Source: Terriglobales bacterium
GTDB taxonomy: Bacteria > Acidobacteriota > Terriglobia > Terriglobales > Acidobacteriaceae
Direction of reading: 5' to 3'
NCBI GenBank assembly: GCA_050018355.1
Contig: JBEKAF010000004.1
Location: forward strand, 8,634 to 72,633
DNA length: 64,000 bases
In this document: piece by piece, positions 18,204-26,202 of the stretch
How positions within the stretch are numbered: position 1 is the stretch's first letter
How the letters are laid out: each line of letters begins with the position of its first letter
The notes under the pieces: model-generated
What the model saw: the letters and a program-made list of their open reading frames with translations, nothing else
What the model was told of the DNA's origin: nothing
Databases searched by the model: none
Translations under genes and position numbers: made by a program

Positions 18204-18243
18204 AAATAAAAAACCCACCACCAGATTCATCTGGCGGTGGGTT
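18204..18243 (-). terminator. intrinsic terminator-like hairpin inside the sir leader (candidate attenuator)
   Basis: The minus strand reads CCCACCGCCAGA-tgaa-TCTGGTGGTGGG followed by TTTTTTATTTT, ending about 33 nt before the sir ATG. Confidence 0.6.
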
Positions 18244-18370
18244 ATAAGTGCCGGTATTAGAACAAATCCTTTAGGTCGGCAGCCTCCCCGCGCCAGAGCA
18301 CACTAATGCACAACAACAACAAGTGCACATGCACATCGCGTGAAGAGTCTCGCCTAACATAGTGGGGTGT

Positions 18371-18400
18371 ATACTAGCTTGAAACAACTCCTACGGTCAA
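18371..18400 (-). promoter_or_regulatory. candidate sigma70-type promoter of the sir operon
   Basis: Minus strand TTGACC-N18-TAGTAT. It would give a leader of about 190 nt. Confidence 0.3.
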
Positions 18401-18986
18401 CAAACTTCTGTACCGCTGGGATCAATATTTTCTATCCTACGAATCATAATTTTCGCTCCATCTAGTTTCGTGGTTGTCGTGTACCGCACAATCTTGCAAC
18501 GTGCACCCCCAAGCCCCTGCACCTTACTACTCCTGCCCACGCTGTCGTCATGGGATGACGTGCAGCCGAGATCTTTCAGTCCCAGTTTTTCACGGCAACC
18601 TGGCAATGGGACCGCCGCTCTCGCGGTCCGATCCCGGAGCGCTGCGAGGTCGATCCGTGAACGTGTGGGTCTCGATCGTGTGTACCTCCAGGCGACGAGT
18701 GCTGATTTAGAACGGAAAACCCGATTCAGATTCCCGCACCGGGAATTACAAGAGAGATGTCTCCCAACGAACTCGTAACCCCAAGCAGCAGAAAGACAAG
18801 CGCAAATCCAGGAAGCGCAACCGCGGTGGCAGGGGAAGTGCAATGGAAGACGTAGGCAGTCACTCCAAAATATGAACGTTCTAACCAACCTCGCTAAGCG
18901 GGGCTAGCGAAGCTTCACGCGAATGGAAACGCAAATCATGCAGACGGGTTTGGCAGCAAGACAACAAGCAAGAGAACAAAAGATGG

Positions 18987-19580
18987 ATGGGTTGGCCGCG
19001 GCTCAGGACTTTTCTGCGAACTGGTTTGCGGCCTATACCAACTCACCACGAAAAACGCGTGGCCTCGCACTTTGCCGAGCGCCAGATCGAATCGTTCTTG
19101 CCCCTGTACTCAACGCGCCACCGTTGGAGGAACCGTTACGAAATGAACCTCGAGCTGCCACTTTTTCCAAATTACGTGTTTGTGCGCATCGATCCCCGGG
19201 AGCGCGTGCGCGTACTCGAAGTGCCGGGTGTGCTGTCGCTGGTTGGTTTTGGACGAACCCTCGCGCCGCTCCCCGATTTTGAAATCGAGGCACTCCGCTC
19301 CGGTCTGGGGCAGCGGAAAATTGAGCCCCACCCCTACCTCGTCATCGGTGAGCGGGTCCGCATCAAGGCCGGCCCCATGACGGGGATAGAAGGCGTGCTG
19401 GTCCGCAAGAAAAACAACTTCCGGGTGGTGCTCGCGCTGGACGCGATCATGCAATGCGTGGCGGTGGAGGTCGATGCGGACGATTTGGAACCGGCGGCGA
19501 AGTGCGCTGGGCGAGTAGTCCTGCCGCCCGACTTCGCCGGCCAGCCCCACCAGCAAACCCAGGCGTGCAGGCCACTTTAG
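18987..19580 (+). CDS. NusG-like (UpxY/RfaH-type) transcription antiterminator; the N-terminal NGN strand is encoded in a different frame (apparent frameshift)
   Basis: NGN core HEKRVASHFAERQIESFLPLY...PLFPNYVFVR and KOW motif GERVRIKAGPMTGIEGVL. The conserved W-[FY]-A-x-Y-T strand (NWFAAYTNS) lies in the -1-offset frame of ORF 18923..19282, directly abutting HEKRV. Confidence 0.75.
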   Translation: MGWPRLRTFLRTGLRPIPTHHEKRVASHFAERQIESFLPLYSTRHRWRNRYEMNLELPLFPNYVFVRIDPRERVRVLEVPGVLSLVGFGRTLAPLPDFEIEALRSGLGQRKIEPHPYLVIGERVRIKAGPMTGIEGVLVRKKNNFRVVLALDAIMQCVAVEVDADDLEPAAKCAGRVVLPPDFAGQPHQQTQACRPL

Positions 19581-19583
19581 AGC

Positions 19584-21380
19584 ATGCTTTTCCTCGACAA
19601 ATTCCGGTGGCATTTTCGCCCGCCTGTGGCCGTGGCTCTGCTTGTCGGTTGGGCGGTAAGCCCCGGCTGGGCATCCAATCCCGAAACTCAGAAACCCTGT
19701 ACCAGCCAAAATGCCAGCCCAAATATCGGACCGAGTACCGGCCAAAGTACCAGCGAAAAAGGAGACAGCCCTTCGGCGGAGCCGCCCGGAGCGGAACCGG
19801 CTGAAAGAAATCCAATGGCAAAGAAGGGTGTGGTGGCCGGTTTCTGCCCGGCGTACGTCGCGCAAAATCTGGTATCGGATCAGAAAACGATTTGGACCAG
19901 CCCGTTGCATCTGCGTGCGCAAGATAGAAACTGGCTCGTGCCCTTGGGCGTCGGCACCCTCGGCCTGGTGGCGGCCGACCGCGACATCATGCGGCATTTC
20001 GGAAGCACCCCAATTGCCCACAGCAGCAGTTTCAGCAACTACGGGCTCGCGGCCATGGTCGGTAGCGCTGCCAGTTTGTACCTGCGTGGGGCAACCACCA
20101 ACGACGACCACAGCCGCGAGACCGGCTTTCTCGCGGGTGAAGCGGCGGTCAACAGTGTAGTCGTGGCTGAGGCCATGAAGCTGGTTTTCCAGAGAGCGCG
20201 TCCTAACGCCCCGAACGCCGGCAGCTTCGGAGCGGGAGGCGCCTCGTTTCCCTCGGAACATGCCCTAGCCGCGTGGTCGGTCGCGAGCGTCATCGCCCAC
20301 GAATATCCCGGACCGTTGACCAAACTGCTGGCCTACGGCGCGGCCACGGGAATCAGTCTTTCGCGGGTCGCAGCCCGCGAACACTTCCCCTCCGACGTGG
20401 TCGTGGGCAGCGCCCTCGGCTATCTGATCGGCCGGTATGAGTACCGGGCGCATCACGACCCGGAGTTGCCGGGCGCGAGCGCGGGCAGTTTCGAGCAAGA
20501 TTTCGAGGAGAAAGGACCACCGCGCACCCGTACCCCGGCCGAACTCGGATCGCCATCCGTTCCCCTGGACTCCTGGGTTTATGCGGCCTTCGACCGCCTG
20601 GCCGCGCTAGGGTATGCGCCCAGCGCCTACGCCAATCTGCGGCCATGGACGCGCATGGAGTGTGCCCGGATCATCGCGGCCGCCGGCGACGACCTAGTCG
20701 TCGACAATCTGGGCGCTAAGGATAACCATCAGTCGGAGGCGTACCGGCTCCACTCGGCGCTCGCTGCCGAGTTCGCGAACGAACTCGGGCGCTTCGACGG
20801 TTCCGGGACTTCCGATGTCCGGGTAGAGAGCATTTATACGCGTTACCTCGGCATCGCCGGCTCGCCGCTCGACGACGGTTATCACTTTGGCCAGACCCTC
20901 ATCAATGACTACGGCCGTCTCTACGGCCAGGGTTCGAACCTGGTGAGCGGGGCTTCGGCGTCGGGATCGGCCGGGCCGGTGGCGTTCTATGTGCGCGGCG
21001 AGTATCAGCACGCGGCAGCGCTTCCCGCCTACAGTCAGGCGGTTCAGCAAATGATTGGCACGATCGACGTGACGCCGCCTCAGGATCCGATCCATACAAC
21101 CGTCATCGATCAATTTCGTCTTCTGGACGCTTACGCGGCGTTTAACTTCAAGACCATTCAGATCTCGGCCGGCCGGCAAAGTCTGTGGTGGGGACCGGGC
21201 GAGGGCGGGCCGCCGAACTTGAGCGACAACGCGCAACCTATGGACATGCTGCGTCTGACCAATCCATCTCCCTGGCGGCTTCCGAGTTTCTTCCATTGGC
21301 TGGGGCCCATGCGCTGGGACTCCTTCTTCGGATTGATGGCCGGGCACCACTACCCGCCACTTCCAGCGATTGATGGCTAG
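19584..21380 (+). CDS. PAP2 phosphatase domain fused to the N-terminal part of a Wzi-like capsule-assembly outer-membrane protein; ends at an in-frame TAG
   Basis: PAP2 motifs KLVFQRARP, PSEH, SRVAAREHFPSD. After the TAG at 21378-21380 the same frame stays open (KLSFKPTPNLEFGFSRIITF...). Confidence 0.8.
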   Translation: MLFLDKFRWHFRPPVAVALLVGWAVSPGWASNPETQKPCTSQNASPNIGPSTGQSTSEKGDSPSAEPPGAEPAERNPMAKKGVVAGFCPAYVAQNLVSDQKTIWTSPLHLRAQDRNWLVPLGVGTLGLVAADRDIMRHFGSTPIAHSSSFSNYGLAAMVGSAASLYLRGATTNDDHSRETGFLAGEAAVNSVVVAEAMKLVFQRARPNAPNAGSFGAGGASFPSEHALAAWSVASVIAHEYPGPLTKLLAYGAATGISLSRVAAREHFPSDVVVGSALGYLIGRYEYRAHHDPELPGASAGSFEQDFEEKGPPRTRTPAELGSPSVPLDSWVYAAFDRLAALGYAPSAYANLRPWTRMECARIIAAAGDDLVVDNLGAKDNHQSEAYRLHSALAAEFANELGRFDGSGTSDVRVESIYTRYLGIAGSPLDDGYHFGQTLINDYGRLYGQGSNLVSGASASGSAGPVAFYVRGEYQHAAALPAYSQAVQQMIGTIDVTPPQDPIHTTVIDQFRLLDAYAAFNFKTIQISAGRQSLWWGPGEGGPPNLSDNAQPMDMLRLTNPSPWRLPSFFHWLGPMRWDSFFGLMAGHHYPPLPAIDG

Positions 21381-22131
21381 AAGCTGAGTTTCAAGCCGAC
21401 GCCCAACCTGGAATTCGGGTTCTCGCGCATCATCACGTTCCGTCCGGTGACGCTCGGCAAGTTCTGGAGTGGCTTCATCAGTTTCGGGAACAACAAGAAT
21501 TCGATACCCGGCACCGCGGCCTACGTGGGCGACCGGCGTGGTGGCTTTGATTTCAGCTATCGCGTTCCCGGCCTGCGAAAATGGATGGTCCTATATAACG
21601 ATGGGATGACCGACGATGACCCTTCGCCTCTGAGTGCTCCGGGACGCTCGCTGATGAATCCGGGCGTTTACCTGCCGCAAATTCCCCGAATCCCGAAGCT
21701 TGATTTCCGCGCCGAGGTGGTGTGGTCGGACGCTCCGAAGGTGTCCAACTTTGGCGGCAAATTCTTCTACTACGACCCCGGCTACCGCGACTGCTACACC
21801 AACGACGGGCACCTGCTCGGTTCCTGGGTGGGCCCGGGAGGGCCACGGTCTTCAACTCTGGAGCACCTATTGGCTTTCGCCCCGTAACTCGGTCGAAGTG
21901 GGATACCGGAAAGCCCATGTCGACCGGGACTTTATTCCCGCGGGCGGCAACATTCAGGATTTCTCTGTGCGAGCGACTTTTCGACTGCGCCCGGAAATGG
22001 AGATTGCCACATTTCTCCAGTACGAACGCTGGAACTTCCCCGTTCTCTCCCCGCTCGCCGGACCGAACACGGTGGCCTCGATTGAGTTCACCTACCATCC
22101 GAAGTGGAGGAAGGCGCTGAACTTCCAATGA
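21381..22131 (+). pseudogene. C-terminal remainder of the PAP2-Wzi-like gene, separated by an in-frame TAG and a +1 frameshift
   Basis: Frame 0 continues to 21887. The protein-like sequence then switches to the frame of ORF 21700..22131 (REGHGLQLWSTYWLSPRNSVEVGYRKAHVDRDF...) at the gggcccggg run, 21829-21838. Confidence 0.6.
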
Positions 22132-22245
22132 TCTCAAAAACTATGATCCCGGAAAAAACGCTCTTCGAAGTAACAACCTCGGAAATGACGACCCCGGAAA
22201 TAACAATCATGACTTCCGAAAAACTGATCCTCGGAAGTTGTAAGC
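22128..22245. repeat. degenerate ~15-nt periodic repeat (6-7 units, core C-Y-CGGAAA) between the wzi-like and wza genes
   Basis: The units are atgatcccggaaaaaac, ctcttcgaagtaac, aacctcggaaatgac, gaccccggaaataac, atgacttccgaaaaac and tgatcctcggaagttg. Confidence 0.5.
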
Positions 22246-22304
22246 CCCGAGCCGAATCGTCCGCACTGGCTGGAAGCTGCTGCTTTGCCATTCCGGCCAG
22301 CCGG

Positions 22305-24812
22305 ATGCTGCGCTGGACGATAGCGGCGCTGGTCGGCCTGCTCGCGTTGCACGGTCTCGGATCAGCTCAAACCACGCTGAGTACGCCGGCCGCTGACGAT
22401 CCGCAATGTCTAGAGAACGACTGCCCGGCCACCCCCAGAACCTCCGAGGGCAACGACAATCCGGCGCCTGGCAGAGCGGGAAATCAAGCGGGCACGGCAC
22501 CGCGTCCCGGTGAGACCGTGTGGGGAAATAGCAATAACAACAATGCGGAACAAGACCAGAATGCAGAACCAGCCCGGCATCCGAAGCAAGGTTTTCCTTT
22601 GAAGACGGATGCGATTCCCGAACCGCCACCCAGCGAATTTCAGGAATTTGTCGCCAGTTCCGTCGGCCGCAGGTTGCCTATTTATGGATACAGCCTGTTC
22701 GATCACGTCCCCGCAACTTTCGCTCCGGTCGACCGGATTCCGGTGACCGACGATTACCTGATCGGACCGGGAGACGAGATCCTGATCCGGGCCTGGGGAC
22801 AGATCGATCTGAACGGCAAACTGGTGGTCGACCGGGGAGGCGAGGTCTTTCTGCCCAAGGTGGGCGCGCTTTCCGTGGTCGGTTTGAAATACCAGCAACT
22901 GCCCGGATACTTCCGGACCGCGATTGGGAGAGTGTTCCGTAATTTCGATTTGACGGTCAGCCTCGGACAGCTGCGATCCATTCAAGTGTTTGTCGTGGGG
23001 CAGGCGCGGCGTCCGGGAAGTTACACCGTCAGTTCACTCTGCACGCTGGTCAACGCGCTGTTCGCCTCGGGCGGCCCCTCGAACAGCGGCTCCATGCGGC
23101 GCATCCAATTGAAGCGAAATGACAGCGTAGTCACAGAATTCGATTTCTATGACCTGCTTTTAAGAGGGGACAAGTCGAAAGACGCGCGGTTGTTGCCCGG
23201 AGATGTTATCTATATTCCGCCCGCCGGGCCGTCGATTGCCATCGCGGGCAGCGTGAATGTACCCGCGATTTACGAACTGCGGGAGGGGACGACTCTCGGC
23301 AGCGCGGTCGAGATGGCGGGGGGTCTCGCTACCACCGCGGACGGACAAAAGGCGGTGGTCGAACGCATCGAAAACCACAACACCCGCCGGGTCGAAGAAT
23401 TTCCTCTGGATGGAAAAGGTTTGGAGCGGGCATTGAAAGATGGGGACTTGGTCCGCATCTTCTCGCTTTCTCCCCGTTTTCAAAACGCGGTGACGCTGCG
23501 GGGAAACGTCGCTCATCCCGGACGCACGGAATGGCATAGCGGCATGCGTCTGAAGGACGTGATCCCCAACCAGGACGCTCTGGCCACCCGCGACTACTGG
23601 CGCGCCACCAACTGGGCTGCGAACGCCGGCGAGCGAGGCAACCAACAGAACACCCGCGACTACTGGCGGGCCACCAACCCGCTCGCGAACACGGGCAAAA
23701 GAGGGGACCAACCGATCACCACCGACTACGGGCGTGATACCAACCCGGTTGCGAACGCGGGCGAGAGTGTTGACCAACAGCTCGAGCGGCAACCGGCCTC
23801 GGCAAGAGCAGCTACCGAGGCCACGACTGCGAAACTGCGAAACCAGATCACGCGCAATGCTCCGGAGATCAACTGGGACTACGCGGTGATTCAGCGGCTG
23901 AACCCGCAGGACCTGACGACGCGCCTGCTCCCTTTCAATTTGGGGAAACTCGTGCTGCAGGGAGATAAGCAGAACAACCTGGTCCTCGAGCCGGGCGATG
24001 TCATCACCATATTTTCGCAGAACGATCTCGCGGTCCCACTCGAAAAACAAAGCAAATTCGTGCGCCTGGAGGGAGAGTTTCGAACCGCCGGCGTTTACCA
24101 GGCCGAAGCGGGCGAGACCGTCCGCCATCTGGTCGAACGCGTCGGCGGATTTACTCCCAACGCCTATCTCTACGGGACCGAATTTACGCGGGAATCGGTG
24201 CGCGTCGACCAGCAGAAGGGGCTGGATCAGCTGATCGAGAAACTCGAGGAAGACATCTCCCGCAATGCGATGGCGCCCTCCGGCGTCAATCCCGACGAAG
24301 TTGCCGACAACCGCGCCAAGCTGGAAGCGCAGCGGCAATTGGTGGAGAAGCTCCGGGAAGTAAAGGCGACCGGACGCGTGGTCCTCGATCTGAAACCGGA
24401 CTCCACGGCGGTGGGCGACCTGCCGGAAATCGCACTCGAAGATGGCGACCGCTTCGTGGTCCCGTACCGCCCGTCGACGGTCGAGATGCTGGGCGCGGTT
24501 TACAACAAGAACTCGTTCCTCTACCGGCGTGAGGAGCGGGTGGACGACTATCTGAAGCGGGCGGGCGGGCCCACGCGCGACGCGGACACGAGCCGCATGT
24601 TTGTCATTCGGGCCGACGGCTCCGTCCTCAGCAAGCAGTCGGTCAAGGGATTATGGAACGGCGGCTTCGCCTCCCTTCGCCTCATGCCGGGCGATGCCAT
24701 CATAGTGCCGGAGCGCTTGTCCCACGGCTCTTTCCTCAGGGGCTTGAAAGATTGGAGTCAGGTCTTCTCGCAATTTGCTCTAGGCGCGGCGGCCGTGAGG
24801 GTCATTCAATGA
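22305..24812 (+). CDS. polysaccharide export protein (Wza-like; Poly_export + SLBB domains)
   Basis: Start set at ATG 22305 (MLRWTIAALVGLLALHGLGSAQ signal peptide). Poly_export motif IGPGDEILIRAWGQIDLNGKLVVDRGGEVFLPKVG. Repeated SLBB-like segments (PGDVIYIP, DGDLVRI, PGDVITIF, PGDAIIVP). Confidence 0.85.
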   Translation: MLRWTIAALVGLLALHGLGSAQTTLSTPAADDPQCLENDCPATPRTSEGNDNPAPGRAGNQAGTAPRPGETVWGNSNNNNAEQDQNAEPARHPKQGFPLKTDAIPEPPPSEFQEFVASSVGRRLPIYGYSLFDHVPATFAPVDRIPVTDDYLIGPGDEILIRAWGQIDLNGKLVVDRGGEVFLPKVGALSVVGLKYQQLPGYFRTAIGRVFRNFDLTVSLGQLRSIQVFVVGQARRPGSYTVSSLCTLVNALFASGGPSNSGSMRRIQLKRNDSVVTEFDFYDLLLRGDKSKDARLLPGDVIYIPPAGPSIAIAGSVNVPAIYELREGTTLGSAVEMAGGLATTADGQKAVVERIENHNTRRVEEFPLDGKGLERALKDGDLVRIFSLSPRFQNAVTLRGNVAHPGRTEWHSGMRLKDVIPNQDALATRDYWRATNWAANAGERGNQQNTRDYWRATNPLANTGKRGDQPITTDYGRDTNPVANAGESVDQQLERQPASARAATEATTAKLRNQITRNAPEINWDYAVIQRLNPQDLTTRLLPFNLGKLVLQGDKQNNLVLEPGDVITIFSQNDLAVPLEKQSKFVRLEGEFRTAGVYQAEAGETVRHLVERVGGFTPNAYLYGTEFTRESVRVDQQKGLDQLIEKLEEDISRNAMAPSGVNPDEVADNRAKLEAQRQLVEKLREVKATGRVVLDLKPDSTAVGDLPEIALEDGDRFVVPYRPSTVEMLGAVYNKNSFLYRREERVDDYLKRAGGPTRDADTSRMFVIRADGSVLSKQSVKGLWNGGFASLRLMPGDAIIVPERLSHGSFLRGLKDWSQVFSQFALGAAAVRVIQ
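23586..23780 (+). repeat. in-frame tandem repeat (3 units of 60-69 nt) inside wza
   Basis: The units encode TRDYWRATNWAANAGERGNQQN, TRDYWRATNPLANTGKRGDQPIT and TDYGRDTNPVANAGESVDQQ. Confidence 0.85.
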
Positions 24813-26182
24813 ACAGGATGAGCACGGCGGATGCGGGCCGCGAGAATTCCACGGACGTTCAGACCATGGACGTGCAGACCGGGAACACTGAGACCATGCA
24901 CGATGACACTCTTGAGCTTGAAGCCCGCGGTCTTGAAACCGCCGCTTTGCGGCCGGCAGCGCGTGCCGTCCGCGGCGAACCCTACGAGTGCCGCGTGCTC
25001 GATTTACTCATCATTCTATCCCGGCGCAAGCCGCTCATCCTGCGGGCCACTTTGGCCGCAGCCCTTCTGGCCGGTATGGTTTCGCTGTTGTTACCCAATC
25101 GCTACACCGCCACCGCCAACATCCTGCCGCCGCAGCAAAGCCAGTCGCTGGCCGCCTCGATGATCGGGCAACTGGGCCCGTTGGGGCCGATGGCGGCGAT
25201 GGCCCAGAAAGATCTGGGGCTGAAGAATCCGAACGACCTCTATGTCGGGATGCTGCGCAGCCGCACGGCGGAAGATGCGTTGATCCGCCGCTTCGATCTA
25301 CGCCGTGTCTATCGCGACAAAAAGATGTCGGACGCCCGCCATGACCTGGAAAATGCCAGCAGTATCGTACTCGGCAAGGAGGGCTTCGTCAGCATCTCGG
25401 TCGAGGACAAAGACCCGAGCCGCGCGTCCCAAATCGCCAACGCCTACGTGGACGAGTTGCGCCAGCTGACGCAAGACCTCGCCGTGACCGAAGCCGGACA
25501 GCGGCGGCTGTTTTTCGAGCGGCAGTTGGAGCTGGCCAAGAACAATCTGGCCGACGCGGAACAGGCGCTGAAAGAGACCGAGCAGAAGACCGGACTGATC
25601 CAATTGGATGGTCAGGCCAAGGCAATTATCGAGTCGGTGGTCAAACTGCGGGCGCTGATGGCCGCGAAAGAAGTCGAATTGCACGCCATGCGGCTGTTTT
25701 CGACGGAGCAGAATCCCGACGTCATGCTCGGCGAACAGCAACTCTCCGGCCTGCGCGCGCAACTGGCCCTAATGGAAAAGCAAAGCAGCGGCCCGGCCGA
25801 TATCCAAGTTTCGGCGAGCAGTGTCCCCAGCGGCAACGTCCCCGAGGCGGGCCTGCAGTATGTCCGCAAACTGCGCGAGGTGAAGTACGCCGAGGCCATG
25901 TTTGAACTTCTGGCAAAACAGTACGAAGCCGCCCGGCTCGATGAGGCAAAAACCGCGGCCGTGATCCAGGTCCTCGATCCCGCCATCGAACCCGACCGGA
26001 AATCCTCGCCGGAACGGACTTGGATGGTCGTGATCGCGACCCTGTTAGGGCTTTTCGGTTCGGTCGGGTACGTTTTGTCGTCCGAAGCCCTCGGCCGCAT
26101 GCGTTTGAACCCAGATGTCAATGAGCGTTTGACCATGCTGAAGACAGCCGTTCTTCAGCCCCATTTCCAGCCACGCACTTAG
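24809..26182 (+). CDS. polysaccharide chain-length determinant (PCP/Wzz-GumC-like); no kinase domain
   Basis: Start ATG 24809 overlaps the wza stop (ATGA). N-terminal TM (LILRATLAAALLAGMVSLLL), coiled-coil periplasmic region, GNVR-like VIQVLDPAIEPDRKSSP, C-terminal TM. Confidence 0.85.
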   Translation: MNRMSTADAGRENSTDVQTMDVQTGNTETMHDDTLELEARGLETAALRPAARAVRGEPYECRVLDLLIILSRRKPLILRATLAAALLAGMVSLLLPNRYTATANILPPQQSQSLAASMIGQLGPLGPMAAMAQKDLGLKNPNDLYVGMLRSRTAEDALIRRFDLRRVYRDKKMSDARHDLENASSIVLGKEGFVSISVEDKDPSRASQIANAYVDELRQLTQDLAVTEAGQRRLFFERQLELAKNNLADAEQALKETEQKTGLIQLDGQAKAIIESVVKLRALMAAKEVELHAMRLFSTEQNPDVMLGEQQLSGLRAQLALMEKQSSGPADIQVSASSVPSGNVPEAGLQYVRKLREVKYAEAMFELLAKQYEAARLDEAKTAAVIQVLDPAIEPDRKSSPERTWMVVIATLLGLFGSVGYVLSSEALGRMRLNPDVNERLTMLKTAVLQPHFQPRT

Positions 26183-26202
26183 CCCAGCCCCATGCCCATG
26201 CG

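Noticed and set aside
18172-18400. SAM-I/S-box or other known sulfur-related riboswitch in the sir leader.
   Set aside because: I could not find the conserved S-box core elements (GAGGGA, GCAACC, kink-turn) by eye. It is kept only as an unclassified attenuator candidate.
18397-18888. 163-aa minus-strand ORF in the sir/EPS spacer.
   Set aside because: Cys/Arg/Ser-rich composition, no Shine-Dalgarno and no recognisable motif. The region is treated as non-coding.
21378-21380. TAG in the wzi-like gene as a recoded or suppressed codon, possibly linked to the odd tRNA-like gene.
   Set aside because: The tRNA-like gene has no CUA anticodon loop. The same gene also carries a frameshift, so pseudogenisation is the simpler explanation.
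22104-22304. N-terminal 67-codon extension of the Wza ORF.
   Set aside because: The obvious signal peptide starts at Met68 (22305). The extension coincides with the 15-nt repeat array and overlaps the wzi-like remnant.
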